Shown one piece after another: positions 26,166-40,674 of a stretch of 64,000 nucleotides of DNA. Every line of letters starts with the position of its first letter. Within the stretch, counting starts at the first letter, position 1. The notes beneath the pieces are model-generated. The model saw nothing but the letters and a program-made list of their open reading frames with translations. It had not been told where the DNA came from and made no database searches. A program made the translations under genes and the position numbers. Source of the stretch: Narcine bancroftii (taxonomy: Eukaryota); the NCBI RefSeq assembly GCF_036971445.1, contig NC_091471.1, positions 350,052,001 to 350,116,000 of the forward strand. Reading direction: 5' to 3'.

Positions 26166-28247
26166 TGATCATTCTCGAGACTGACAAAGGCCCCAACCCT
26201 AAAGATGACAAATGTTTCTCTCCGTGGATAGCGTCTGACCCAGAGTTCCCCCAGCTTTGCTCTGCACACCTCTAACCACTATTACAATCTTTCATTCCAC
26301 AACTTTGGGTGGCACTGGAACACAGCTCATGGAGCTGTCGCCTCAGTACCAGTAGCTTGGGTTCAATCCAGACCTTGGCAACTGTGACCAGATGGGTTTC
26401 TTCTGCTCTTCCAGCTCCCTTCCACTTTCTAAAGATGTACTGGCCACTAAATTGACCCCAGAATATCAGAGAGTGGTAGGAATTGTAGAGTTCAATGTTC
26501 TACAAAGTAGGGAGAATAAAATGGAATAAATACAGGATCAGTGTTTTGGTGTTTGATAACTGATGTGGACAGTCTATGCTTGGACCAATTTATGAACCAA
26601 AATTTCAATTCAATGGCTCATGCCAAACAATGGACATCCTCTCACTGTAGCTCAGACTGCAAGAAATTATGGAATGCTGTACAAACCTCAACAGGCACTG
26701 CCTATGACATAATTCTCCATTCAAAAAAATTTCAAACATCCTGTCACATTAAATATTATGCTTCCCATCCTCTATCTCCCTGCAGAGCCTTGCTTATTAA
26801 ACTAGCAAAACTTCAATGTATTCACTCCATTCTTAGTGCTCCTAATACACCTGATACAGGAAGGGTTCCATTACTGCTCCATCTTATGCCTGACCGTTCA
26901 ATCTGTACTAGTACCAACATCTAGGAAAACCCCTCAATCTCCTTCAACTCAAAATCCTGAACCTAAAAGGACAACATGGTTGGCATAGCAGTTAGCACAA
27001 AGCCTTTACAGGACCAGTAATCTGGACCACGGTTTGAATCCCACACTGTATATAAGGAGTTTCTATATTCTCCCATCTTCATGATTTTCCCTGGCGGCTC
27101 CAATTTCTTCCCACCCTACAAGATGCACTGGGGGTGTAAGTTAATTGGGTTTAAATTGGGAAGCACTGACTCATAGCCCATTACCGTCTACATTTAAAAC
27201 TAAATAAATTAAAACAATTTTACAAGGAAATCATGAAAGTGCTAGTTTATAAACAATTTAACGCTGAAGTCCTGTTTTCTCGCTAATCATATAATTCAAA
27301 TAGCAACCTTTATCATGACTAACCCCAAGATAGACAATGTGAAAGCAGTGAATTAGATACATGAACATTGTACAGCAAGCCACTGCCTATTTGCATTCTT
27401 GTTGTAAGCAAAGAGCAAAGGAAGCTATTTTCACTCATCTAGTGTCCTAGGGGGTGGCATGGTTGGCATAGGGATAGCACAAGGCCTTTGCAGCGCCAGC
27501 GATCGGGACCAGGATTCAAATCCTGCACTGCCTATAAAAGGAGTTTGTACATTCTGTGCTTTCCCCAGGGGCTCCAGTTCCTTCATATATCATTTGAAAC
27601 ATACTGGAGAGGGGTGGGGGAGAGGGTGTAGGCGAATTGGGTGTGAATTGGGAAGCACGGACTCATGGATCGAAATGGGCCGTTACCTTGCTCTAGGCCT
27701 AAATTTAAAAAATATTAAGTCTCCTGCTTTAAACTTTGTAGGTTATGCCACAATGTTTGGATCACCTGACCCATTTCCAATCTTAACACCACTTCATTTT
27801 CAATGCATCAGAATTTTACATTGTTACATTACCTCTAGGTGTTTGTGTTCCTTTCTGGAACAAAGAAGCCCCAATAATGTAATAGCAGACATGTATAGAA
27901 CAATGCATAGCCACAAACTGCAAATCAAGTTCCAATTTAATTAGTGATGCAAATATGCTAATTTAAATTGTTTAACAGCCTGCACATAAAAAAAAACTCA
28001 ATGCATCTAAAATTCTACAATCACAGCGCATCCAGGAAATTTCCTTGTCTGTTACTTAACATTTATAATTGTCTGAAATTTATTTACCATTTCCTACCAA
28101 TTTTCTCAATTGCAAAGAAGGCACTGCAATATTCTATATTGACGTGAATTAGTATTTTGTGTAAATGCCAACACAGAATGTTGAGAGTCAGTGGGTGAAT
28201 AGCGCAGCCTTTTTAAAATGAATACAATGTACATATTACCGTCACAG

Positions 28248-28678
28248 TTTATTTTGACAATTCCAGATTAATTTCTTCAATCAACCAAGCCAAACTTTGG
28301 CTTATTAGCTATCATTTGGACACATCCACTCAAAATGCAAAGTTGTGTATCTCTGTCAAATTCCCACAAAGAACATAAAACTTTGCGCTTTGCACCATGT
28401 CAACAGTTATATGGTTCTCTAATTTGCAATGAGACAAGAAAGCCAGATAACTAGTTAACAGTGCGAATTTATTTCATGGTCTGGAAGGACTAGTCCATCC
28501 TCCCATGAACACATGCAACCAATAAAACATATCCCAAAATGAAAACATTTAATACAAAACAGGACTGTGACTTAAAAAGTTACATAGATTTAAAAATCTA
28601 TTCCATGGAGTTACTAGACTACATTGTTCGCATCCCTCCCACAAGGAAAAAAACCAACGCCTTTAATTCCACAATCGC
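28248..28678 (-). other. ALYREF: ALYREF 3'UTR with candidate polyadenylation signals
   Basis: Minus-strand AATAAA at 28468-28473 and 28248-28253, and another near 28080. The site actually used cannot be determined. Confidence 0.6.
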
Positions 28679-28693
28679 TTAACTTGTGTCCAT
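28679..28693 (-). CDS. ALYREF: ALYREF exon 6 coding part (MDTS*)
   Basis: ttctag|ATG GAC ACA AGT TAA; matches the vertebrate ALYREF C-terminus. Confidence 0.95.
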   Translation of the reverse strand: MDTS

Positions 28694-30081
28694 CTAGAAA
28701 GAGAAGAAACACCAAAATTCAAAGTCAACATTCAGATCAATGTTACAATTTTAAGTACAATTTTCACAGTTGCTTTGCTGGAACTATTTAAGATTTACAG
28801 CGTTAATTCACCCCAAATTTGCCACCTCCCACAGGTTCAAGAAGGCAGCCAACATCTTAAAGGACATAATCTCACCACCGTCAATCTCTTCTATCCCCTC
28901 CTGCTGGAAATAAAGTACACAAGTTTGAAAATATGAACCTCCAGACTAGGGAATTAACATCTCATCAGTAAAAGATGCACCTTGCATTTACCCTGCACCT
29001 TTGTCTACTGTGACACTATCCTCTGTACTTGTTTTTATTCTCATACTGCCTGCTGTAGCATGTATTGGTTGACTTGCCTGATTGCAGGAAAAGGTTTTGA
29101 CTATCTTATTGCATGTGATAACAATTCTAGTCTTAATCATAGATACACCACAGAAATAGGCCATTCAGCCAACCATCAAATACCCTCTTCTAGGATGAAA
29201 CAAATGGATCATACCTCATGATCACTGATCCACAAAGCTCCTTCCCCATCTCCACATGACCAGATCTTTAATCAGTTACCAGAATTTAAAACATTCCTCT
29301 TAACCATATACTGCGTTCATTACATTTGCCAACAGAATCTACCAAAGGGCTTCGTAACTAAAAAGTTGCCATGTAAGCATTGAGCTGCTTGTCACTGTTC
29401 ATCCACGATCAGAAATAGACTATTCATCCCATCAAGTCTGCCCCCACCATTTAATCATGAGCTGGTCCATTTTCCCACTCAGTCCCAATGCCAGCCTTCT
29501 CCCTATAACTTTTGATGCCCTGGCTAATCAAGAACCTATCAATCTGTCTTAAATTCACCCAATGATCTGGCCTCCACAACTGCCTGTGGCAACATATTTA
29601 CCACCTTCTGGCCTTCAATCGTAAAGTTGTGCCCTCTTGTCCTGTGCAACTTGCATACTAAAAGTCAAATCCTTAAAGCTGCAGAACCATCACACACCCT
29701 ACTCTCATTTATGGTTGTTTCAAAACAAAACCTCTGCTCTTTACCAACTATAACACCCAGTCTTGTGTCAAATCTAAAATGCAAGACCCTAAACTCTTTG
29801 TGCCCTCAAGAAGCAGACACTGAATTCATTCCCAACTATTGTTGGAGCATTAATAACTTACAACATTTTTATTGCCATCCCATCTGAGATGTTAAAGACT
29901 GAATTCTGGGAGACCTTGGCTAAGTTTAAAATTTTTACTGAAGTTAAATAACAATTTATGTTCTTTATCGAAGGGAAATCTGAATAAGGACAGGGGATAG
30001 ATCCAAACAGAGTACACACATCTCAATGCTGTGATAGACCATTTGCAATGATGAAGGCAAGCCATACGATACTGAACTCAC

Positions 30082-30247
30082 CCTCGCATTATAAGCATCC
30101 AACTGGGCATCCAGCTCCTCTGCTGAAAGCTGCTGCCGTGAATTTCTTCCACCTCTGCCACCTCTTCCACCTCTGTTACCTCCTCTAGGCCTTCTACTTC
30201 CGCCCCCGAATGCACTACCACGAGTTCGGCTTATGGCTCTGTTTCCT
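30082..30247 (-). CDS. ALYREF: ALYREF exon 5 (RGG region and C-terminal UAP56-binding motif)
   Basis: ttttag|...|gtgagt, 166 nt; encodes [10 protein letters not shown]...[18 protein letters not shown]. Confidence 0.97.
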
Positions 30248-30561
30248 CTAAAATAACGAGGAAAAAAAAATTGTGAAAGAACCACAAAGATTGTGCAAAG
30301 CACTGAGTAAAAGCACTTGCCTAAAATATTTAGCTTAAATTGCAAAATGCTGCTGGTAGAAAACATTATACAAAACTAACTTGTACAGATCACTGCAGCA
30401 GAGAAATTGCAATCTATTCAAATAATGTGGTCCAAGTAATGAACTTACATTCACATGAATATACAGTGAATGAATTTTCAAGAGGAAACAACTAAAAGCC
30501 TCTCCATCTCTACAAGGCACAACAGGAATGATGCAATTCCTTCCACTTGTCCAGCAGAGTA

Positions 30562-30748
30562 CCGTAAATATGTGTGTATAATGCATCGAGTATAATACGA
30601 CCCCTCCCCTTGCCCGCCCGATTCGCGCTGCCATCTCTCTTCCCCCTTGCCTGCCCAATTCACGCTGTCATTTATGTATAATGTGAGCCCCTACTTTGAG
30701 CTCGAAATTTGGTACAAAATTTTTCACATTATACATGCATATTTATGA
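30562..30748. mobile_element. Tc1/mariner-superfamily MITE in ALYREF intron 4
   Basis: Imperfect TIRs CCGTAAATATGTGTGTATAATG / revcomp TCATAAATATGCATGTATAATG, flanked by TA. Confidence 0.75.
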
Positions 30749-31216
30749 TAACCAATTGGAGCAGCCCTAATACACACTCATCTTTAGTTCCTCCGTATGA
30801 GCAGAATGAGGCATCCCTTCTAAGAGATGTATGGCAAAACTTTTGTACCTTCTTCCAAACCACTGACCTCTTTTACCTCTCAGGCAGTGCCTTGGATCAA
30901 ATATGAATGATCCCTTGTTCTTTGGATTACAAGGTAACTGACATGGCCAACCTGGAATGCGCAGACTGTATGACAGATGATACAAGGAAGCTGGTAGTGT
31001 GTTTCTTTGCCAATGATGCCAAGCTCTACCACCTAGCAAAAAACTCAATTTCCCTTCAAACTGCATACCATTCTAATTTGGAAATCAAATACAATTCCCT
31101 CTTCATTCAACTGAAAATTCCAGCAATGTACTTTCATGGCAATTAGAAATGGACACTGACTACTGATTATACCAGTCACACCAACATCTAAAGACAAATG
31201 GGGAACGAATGCTTAC

Positions 31217-31280
31217 CCAACAACAGGTCTTCTTTGGGCATCAATTTGTGAGGTCACCAGTTGTATGTTCATTGGACGTC
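31217..31280 (-). CDS. ALYREF: ALYREF exon 4 (end of RRM)
   Basis: aaaag|...|gtaagc, 64 nt; encodes (G)RPMNIQLVTSQIDAQRRPVV(G). Confidence 0.96.
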
Positions 31281-31695
31281 CTTTTAATCAAATAGAAAGG
31301 AAAAATTGCTTTGCCTCAATGCTAATAGTCAACGTACAAAAGCACAAGAAAATCATGAATATTGATGTCACTATTACAAGATTTGATAACTGGCAACGTA
31401 GCTGCAGAAATAAATCCCCTCTTTATTTAAAACATGCCATCTTCTGGAGGAATCACACGTTAAAATTATAGCACAGCCAATCTATGTTTCGTCACAAGGG
31501 GCTAATAGTGCACATTTTGTGCTCAACCTAATGAGAATTAGCCATTAAAATTTTTTTTCTTCTGCATTTTTTTAAATTTAGAAGTATTTTACAGTGAGGC
31601 AATTAACTTTGAACATTGTACTACACCAAATCAATGATCAAAGCCTCCTTTCAGAGCTGAAATCACCACTTTCGACCTTGCCCTCAATAGCAAGC

Positions 31696-32640
31696 TAGTG
31701 GAACCCTGATTTAACATGAATTTGGATATAACACAATGATACATTGGACTCATCAGCAGGAGTCTCCATGTATTAATTGCAAAGAATGGGCAAATGGTGG
31801 TGTGATACGAATTACAGTTCCTTTGCGCCAACAAGATCTGCACCTCTCTGTCCAGTCCCAAGGCTGTCACAGCGCCAAGGCAGTGGGAGAGGACACAGGT
31901 AACATCGACCAGGTTCCCCTGCTGTAGCAGTATATGAACAGGAGGCACCTGTCCTTGCACTGCTCTGCAGCCCTGGAGTCCCAGTACATGGGCCGGCAGT
32001 CTCCGGAACCCCTGGCTGCAGGGATGGACATTCAAATCACATTGACTATTGGGCTCAATGCTGCCTACAAACCAGGCAGCAGCATCGGGAGAGAACCTGA
32101 TCCACCAGCATCTCCAAGCAACTGGGAGAGGTCACCAAGGTATCACCGGCCAGACTTAGACTGTGGCAAAGATTCAGGATTTGTTCTGAGGTTACCAGAT
32201 CAGGTGGAGGAGGAGGCAGCTCCAGGGGAATCCAGAAAAATATCCATAGGCGCTGTCAGGGGATAACCCCGAGAATATACATCTGCACATGAGCATGGTG
32301 TGACCTGAGCTGGAGAGGTGGCGAGCAGGACAGCACGACTCAAGGCCATTGGACCAGCAATTTGGATCAAGTGCAACGCTTGCTTCAACCCCCTCAAAGT
32401 GACCATATATGTGAAGCCTACAAATACACTGGGTCAGGTGGGGGAAATTACAATGGTACCTTGTTTGGTGGGGGAAATGCCCACAAATGTCCCCTCCCCC
32501 CCCCCCCCCCATACCGGCACCGACCCTGAACTTAGAGATAATCATGCTTTTACAGTGAAACCCTGACTTAGCGCAATCTTGCTTTTCTCACAATGCAATA
32601 TTTTGGACCCAAACCATCGCATTATAACGAGGTTCCATTG
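31696..32640. mobile_element. Tigger/pogo-like non-autonomous element in ALYREF intron 3
   Basis: Degenerate TIRs AGTGGAACCCTGATTTAAC and TTATAACGAGGTTCCATTG-TA; internal TIR-like copy at about 32551. Confidence 0.65.
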
Positions 32641-33203
32641 TACTGGCCTTGTCGATCACTTCCATAAATTCATGAACTCCATTTTTAGAATTTAATTTCT
32701 ATTAAATTCATATTTTAATAAAGAAATCTCCCAACTACAATAACTGCCACTGCAACAAGCATTCAAAATCTTTGGATTATTTGTGTCATCAAAATTAAAA
32801 TATTCAATCCTAGTGCAGTCCAATTGGAAATGCCAAGCTACCTTTACATCATCTCCTCAGGACTGATTCAGAGTATAACAAATATCCTGAGTCTGCTGCA
32901 TCAGGTGCAGATCTCAAAAAGGCATCCAAGAACACAGTGAGTAGTTTTACACTTTTGGAGTTAATTTAACAATTTTTTTGTAAATGTTGTTAAAAGTTCA
33001 AAATCAGGGACTTGTGAATGTAGCTAGATAATGAAGTCACAACTTCGATGGAGTTATAGTTTAAATGTACCAATGCTTATATTTTACAAAGAAAACAGTG
33101 AATAGTGTAATGTACATTAAAAATTGGAGGACAAAATAGATCAAGCAGGTATACTCTCCACATTCAGTGAAAAAGATGCTTCCATTTGTTTTCCCCCCCA
33201 CTA

Positions 33204-33563
<360 letters not shown>

Positions 33564-33984
33564 CTAGATGGGCAATTTGTTCAGCATGAATGAGTTGGAC
33601 TGAAGGGCCCCTTTCCATACTCACAGCTAATCAGGAAGGGTTTGGAAAGCAATTCAGGAGGAAGCTTGAACAATTGAGGCCAGAATTAAGGGAGCACATA
33701 AAGTGCCTATAGGCCTGTTGTGACCACTACAAATCAATCATCATGCAAGGCACAGAAACAGTGGTAAAGAACAGTGGTTCTTTAGTAGATATAGTAGATA
33801 TCAGTACATTTTACATCAATGCCATTTTGCTGCTCTATTGATGTCTATCCTTCACAATTCAACCACTGAATTATGGTTTACAAGTAGTACATAAAAGGCA
33901 AAACCCGTTTTAAGGAACATCCTAGGACACAGCACTAGCTTTCTAAACGCAAAGTTAATTCAGGAATTATTTAACACATGAATG

Positions 33985-34732
33985 GGTTAATGACCCCAAC
34001 TCCCCCATGAGGTCTAACCGTCCAATCTGACTGCCACCAGCTCGTACAGGCTTTAAATGGCCTGTTAAGAGAGCCGATGGTGGTTTACTTTAAAATCCTG
34101 TGACCGCGGATTCTGGGCCCAAGGTGGCAGTACCTATGATCAGCAGTGGTCAAGTGGAGTTGCAGACTCCAGGAAAGTAGAGGACTCATGCTGGGCAAAA
34201 GAAAACAGGAAGAACCCCCGCCCCATTTGAGAAGGAGAAACAGAGATGACCCACATGACAATGACCACAGCAACAGACCAGTGAGGGACTCTGAGGCTGA
34301 AGAAAGACTGTTGGTGACTCGAGGTGAGAAGTCCACATTCTGCAGGCAAGTGCAGTTAAGGGACCAGCTGAGTTTCTCCAGCATTGTGTTTTCATGTCAA
34401 GGGACTTGCACCAGACTGTGGACTGATGGAGACTGGGTGAAGGGATGTTGGAGACTTCTTGATCATGCGTGCATCTGGAGTCAAGTTTCTGATGGTTTGG
34501 ACAGAAGGCTGTGTGGCTGCAGGAGCACAAGAGGAAAATCCATGGCCACTGACTCCAGATTTTATTTTGGGGGTGGGGGGGGGAAGAAGAAAGGGCAGTG
34601 ACTCTCCTTTGCTTCTCTTTGGCTGCAAGACCCCAGGCAATTTCTGCTGATAGCGATCTTTGCCTTATAGTAAACTAAATGAAATTTCATGTAAAATCAC
34701 ATTTTTTAAGATAAATAAAATAATCTTGAATC
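33985..34732 (+). mobile_element. Non-autonomous retroelement with LINE-like tail
   Basis: Ends in 'aataaaataatcttgaatc'. Similar tails end the elements at about 44560-45065 (+) and 53155-53955 (-). No coding capacity. Confidence 0.45.
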
Positions 34733-35107
34733 TACTTCCCACTCTATTAATGCAAATGTAACCATGTAACCATGTTAACAAACTTTCTTAGAGATAGTGG
34801 AAAGTAAGTTGCTGGAAGTACTCAGGTCAGGGAGCATCTTTCGAGAGAGAAATAGCATTTCAGGTTATTTCTGATTTTCTTGTAATTAAGTAGCCAAAGT
34901 ATTAATGTTTTCTCACCAGATGTTGCCTGAGAATTTCTGTTTTAATATCCCAAAAGAACTATAAAGAGATAAATGTATGTACATCCAGAGATAACATAAC
35001 ATTGAACATACTTCAATTACAATGTGAAGACATCACACTTCAATGTCACAAATGCTAAATTAACATCTTGTATAAATATGATTAATCAGACCAATCAGAA
35101 GGCTCTA

Positions 35108-35392
<285 letters not shown>

Positions 35393-36499
35393 CTACAAGA
35401 AAATAAACAGATACACCTCGCTGACTTCCTACATTTGTTACCCCAAATATTGGTTAAACCACGTCTACTTATGCCATCCCACCCCCTCCCTGATTAAACT
35501 TACACATTGGTTCAAGAGAATCATCAGTACCTAGGTTATGGTCATTTTCATTATAAATTAAGATCTGGCCTTACCTGAGATGGATCAACAATTTAACACT
35601 AATACAGTTGCAGTGAATGTACTTGGTAGTTAATTATAATTCAACCCACAAATAATCCAGTAAATTACTAACAGTGCTCTAGTGAATACACAATCAAAAT
35701 AAAAAGTTGAGCAAAGAACCTGATGTAACTTGTTACTTGGTGAAAAATGAATTCGCTTATTAGCCTACCACTGTATCCACAGCACATCTCGAACTAAAGC
35801 CTGGATTCCTTTTAATAGCCACTAGACAGATACTGGGTGAAATTCCTCCTCCACGGGGTCAGCTGCACGAACCTCCTCTTTGCAAACAAAATTCCTTTGC
35901 GATTTCACAATCCCAAGTAGTATTTAGCATTTGCTTGGCTTAAGTCCCAAATAGTAGCTTTGGAGGATCACAAATTTCAGAAGTCCACCATAAGATTAGA
36001 ACTGCAATCATTTGAGAATGCATCAACACTGCATGTAATTTTTTTTTTTTTAAATTTCATGTCCATGAAAAAGTTCTGTAACATTTTTTTTCTTCTTGGC
36101 TGAATGAATGCAGTGCAAAAAACATGTCCTTTGCGTGATAAATATGTTGATAAGACTCAAGCCTGAAACGATGGTTATGTATCTCTTTGCTATTTAGGCT
36201 AGTACAGGAAGATTCTTGAGGCTTCTTGAGCCTGGAGATGCTGGTCTTGATAGAAGTGCTGACATTTTTACCCGGACCTTGATGATGGGCTCAAGCCCAC
36301 TTGTTTGACCTGCTGAGTTCCTCCAGCATTGTGTTTTGACTTCAACCACCGGTATCTGCAGAGACTTCCGTTGACTTCATTGAAACTTGAACCGGTGATG
36401 TTTAATGGCATTCAAGATTTATGGATAAGTCAGAGTTCATATTTATTTAAAAAACTGCGAGGTCAATGTTGCTGAGAAGAGTTTGTTTGACAAGTCATT

Positions 36500-37578
36500 G
36501 CTGCTTCCCAGTGTCCTTTTCTGCCGGTGGTCCTACGCTGGCCTCGGCGCCTCCCGGGGTTGGGGCCGGACCCAGACGCCTACTGCTGCTCGTGCCGGAA
36601 CAGGCCCGGGCCCCTCCCGACATCCGTGCCGGGCCAGCCGCCTCTCGCCGTCCGTGCCGGGCCCAGGCGCCATTTTACCTCCTGCACCGACCAGGCGCGG
36701 CCCCGCTCCCGGGTGTCGGAAGTGGAAGCCGGCGGACGTCCCTCTCACTCTGTACACAGTAACCGGGTAACAATCTACATGTCGTTTAAACATTTGACTC
36801 GCTAACGGCTCCGGCAACGTGGCGCCACATTCAAACCGCTTCATTATTACCCACAACACGCCCCCCGGCTACCACCATCGGCTCTCCCCGGGGCGGGGGC
36901 GAGGGGGGGGAGAGGGGGAATGCAAGACATTTATCACCGTTTCTACACCGCGGGCGCTGCGTCCTACCCTGCTGTACGGAGCCGGCCGGTTTCGTCCTCG
37001 CATTGCGCTCGGCCTGTGGCGCATGAGGCCGACACCCAGGCCCCCGCCGCCGCCGCCGCCTCGGCCTCCCGCCGCCCCGCGACCGGCCACGCCGCCTCGG
37101 CCTGCCCCGCGGCCCACGCCGCGGCCCCGACCTCCGCGGCCGCCCGGGATTTTCTGCCGGTTCAGCTTGATGATGTCGTCCAGGGACATGTCCAATTTAT
37201 CGCCCATTGCTCTTTGTTCGGCCCGTCGGGGTGGTCTTCTCTGTTTTTTTTCCCTGCCCTACAAATGATTAAACTTTGACTCCCGGCTTGGGTTTCTCAC
37301 ACGGTGTGGAGATTTATTCCGAGGGGATTTGTATTGTCCTTTCTCCACCCCTCCTCGTTTTAACGCCGAAACGAAGGCGTCCCTCGACTCGTTGGCGCGC
37401 ACCGTAATGGCGGACGGCGGCCAGCGGCTGAGGCGACGGCGTGACGCCGTGTCGTCACGGCCAGCGCTCACCGGCTGAAGCCAATGAGCGCTCGGAATGG
37501 GTGGGTCATTCACAAACCGCTGTGACGACGGCCCGCTCCGTGACGTTTGAATGTCGTGACGTCAGAAGAGGCGGCCCC

Positions 37579-37609
<31 letters not shown>

Positions 37610-37620
37610 ACACACGACTG
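36500..37620 (-). promoter_or_regulatory. ALYREF: ALYREF CpG island / promoter
   Basis: CpG-rich. CRE TGACGTCA 37557-37564, CCAAT about 37481, E2F-like TTGGCGCGC 37392-37400, YY1-like ATGGCGG about 37407. Intronic YY1 CGCCATTTT 36668-36676 and ETS CGGAAGTG about 36717. Confidence 0.85.
36968..37207 (-). CDS. ALYREF: ALYREF exon 1 coding part (N-terminal UAP56-binding motif, RGG region)
   Basis: [17 protein letters not shown]...RNRPAPYSR followed by |gtagga; 240 nt. The six exons join into a 254-aa ORF. Confidence 0.98.
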
Positions 37621-37835
37621 AGCGATCTGGCTGATAGTGCTATTCCTCGGATTTACTGTCAGAACCCCAAGGTTCCTTTCCCTGCGGGCGAGGTAGACTT
37701 ACTACTTATTGGCAGTACAAAAAAAAACTATACACAGCGTTTAAATGTAAACAAATGTAAACAGACACTGCAATATAGAGAGAATTTAAAAAATCAATAA
37801 AGTGCAAAAGTAAGAATCTTATTTAAGATTGAGTT

Positions 37836-38668
37836 CCTACTACGTGATCCCACCACTAGACACATATTCCCCTCTCTCCCTTCTGCAAGGACCACTCCCT
37901 CCATGACTCCCTTGTCCACTCCTCTCTCCCCACCGATTGTCCTCTTGGGACCTACCCCTGTGACAGCGGGAGATGCTTCACTTGTGCCCATACCTCCTCC
38001 CTCACCACCATTTGAGGCCCCAAACAGTCCTTCCAAGTGAAGCAATATTTCACTTGTGAATCTGCAAGGGTCATCTACTTCATCCGGTGCTCCCATTGTG
38101 ATCTTCTCTTCGTTGGAGAGACTGGACTCAGAGTTTGCTTTGTTGAACATCTGAGCTCTGTCCGCTGCAATAGCCAGGACCTCCCAGTGGCCACCCGTTT
38201 CAATTCTTCATCTCATTCCCATGCTGACATGTCTGATTATGGTCTCATGCACTGCCAGAATGAGGTCACCTGCAAATTGGAGGAACCACACCTCATTTTC
38301 AGCCTTGTCACCCTCCAACCAGATGGCAGTAACATCAACCTCTTTCACATCCATTAAAATCCCCGCCCCCATCTTCTATCCCATTGCCTTTCCCAACCCA
38401 GCCCACAGTCTCTCTGTCTTCTTTCACAAATGCAAAATCAATTCTCACCTTTCCTCATCATATGGAATTAATACCTTTTGTTGGCCTGGTCTCTTCCCCC
38501 AGCCAGTCTTGTCTTTATTTTGATGCCTTCCTGTTCTTTGCTTATACCTTGAGGAAGGGTCAGGCTCAAAACATTAGGAATATATCTTTACCTCCTATGG
38601 ATGCTGCGAGACTGGCTGAGTTCCTCCAGCATTTCTGTGTGATTTTACTATAATCACAGCATCGGCAG
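37836..38668 (+). mobile_element. Penelope-like element 3' part with GIY-YIG endonuclease
   Basis: ORF 38037-38357: FTCESARVIYFIRCSHCDLLFVGETG...EH...PVATRFN; terminal repeat 38540-38668. Confidence 0.88.
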
Positions 38669-39575
38669 CCCCGGATGCAGTAAATGACCCCTACAGATTC
38701 ACAAGTGTTGCTTCACGTGAAAGGATTGTTTGGGGCCCCGAATATTGGTGAGAAGGGTGGTTAGAGTTTGGGAGGGAGGGAGGAGTTGTAGGTGCAAGTG
38801 TAGCACTTCTGGCAGTCAAGTACAAAGGGGACAATTAGTGGGAAGGGATGAATGGATAAGGGAGACCCTGAGGGAATGGTCCCTGTGGAAGGCGGAGAGG
38901 AGAGGAGAGGGGAATATGTGTCTGGTGGTGGGTTCCCGTTGAAGGTGGTGGAAATAGTGGAGGATAATGTGTTGGATGGGGATGTAGGTGAGGATAAGGG
39001 GAATCCTATTCTTGTTACATCTGTAGGGTAAGAAGCCAGGGCAGATGTGTAGGAAATAGGAGATGCAGCTGAGGACTGTTAATGGTGGTAGAATGGTAGT
39101 GAAGAAGGAGGACACCTCCTGAAATAGAAAGCCTCAACCTGGGAGGAGATGAGGCAGAGACAGAGGAATTGAGAGAAAGGAATATAATCCTTACAGGACA
39201 ATGGGTGGGAAGAGGTGCAGTCATATTAACTGTGGGAGTTAGTGGGTTTATAAAAGATAACCAAGATAGAGACAGGAAGATCAAGAAAGGGGAAAGATGG
39301 ACCAAGTGAATTTGAAGTTGGGGTGAAAGAAAGCAACAAAGTGGATAAAGTTGACAAACTCATCGTGAGTGCAGGAGGCAGACCAATGTGGTCATTGATG
39401 TCGTGGAGGAAGAGTTGAAGGAGCCTTGCCTGTGTTGGCTTGCAGCACAGATTGCTCCATAGATCCAATTAAAAGATAGATATAGCTGGGACCCATGTGG
39501 GTACCCATGACTGCCACTTTGCTTTAAAGAATGCTGGATGAGCGAAAAGCAGTTATTGAGGGTGAGCTCGTTCTA
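38669..39575 (-). mobile_element. Penelope-like element RT/linker fragment, inverted relative to the adjacent copy
   Basis: RT motifs (AVMGTHMGPS, PFLDL, FYKPTNSHS). 38670-38945 is the reverse complement of about 37836-38090. Confidence 0.82.
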
Positions 39576-40674
39576 CCAGAGAAATGGAGGGGGGTGGTGG
39601 TGGAGGGGGACTGGTTAGATTTGTTATCCAGGAAGAAGCGGAGAGCTCTGAGGCCTTCTTTGCACCTGTGTTTTGGGACTGGATGTCCATGGAAGGATTA
39701 ATGGGGAGTGGTATTACTAATGACTTAGAGTATGGATTTTGGATCAAAACCTTTTTCACATTTAATGGAATTAAACACTAGTGTTGCTGCAGTGCAGGTT
39801 TATTTGTGAAAGGAGTTTATTTTTGAATTTAGACATACAGCACAGTAACAGGCCCTTTTGGCCCACAAGCCTGTGCTGCCTGATTACACCCAATTGACCT
39901 ACAACCCTGGTACATTTTTTTTTGAAGGGTGGGAGGAAACCGGAGCCCCTGGAGGAAACCCATGCTGAGATGGGGAGAATGTAGAAACTCTTTACAGATA
40001 GCACTGGATTCGAACCCTGGTCCTGTTCGCTGGTGCTGTAACAGCATTGCGCTCAGTTGGTACTGAAAAATCCAATGCTGATTGACTTGGTATTTCAAAG
40101 ATACAATTTCATCCTTTCCAGATTTTTCTTTTCAGTTCTTCTTGAGCCACAATCTTGTATTTTGTCTGTCATATTAATCTAAAACACCAGAGAAAGATGC
40201 CTTCAAATCCCTTTGGGACAATGATGTAGCAATGGCACTTTGTCATTTGAAAATTCATTAGTTGTGTCCAACATATCTCATTGCTTCCTATAGTCATTTC
40301 TGCCTGGGTCTCATCTGTGATTTTCTTTCATTTCCTAGTTACTTTCCTGTGGAGAATAAACATATCCTTCCTATTATCCTCATGGACAGTATAAAGTCTC
40401 AGTGCAAATCAGTATACAGTATTAAGATGTTGTTCTGTCTTCTATCTTTTCCCTAATTATCCTCTCTGCCAATTAACAGATTTTCATTGTTTATAGTTGA
40501 TCTGTTCAAGGCAGGTACACATGACTATGTGGAGCTTGAGTCTAACAAATGAGCACAATAAATTTAACATTTATAAATTCCTCAGCTTATTCACTGACAT
40601 AGAATCTTGAATTCTTTTTTTAAATCTTTGACATTTACTCAAAGGGAAGTTTACAGATAACTTTTTTGGTTGCT

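Noticed and set aside
36466-37513. Antisense and alternative-frame ORFs over ALYREF exon 1
   Set aside because: GC-rich shadow ORFs of the RGG-coding exon and CpG island.
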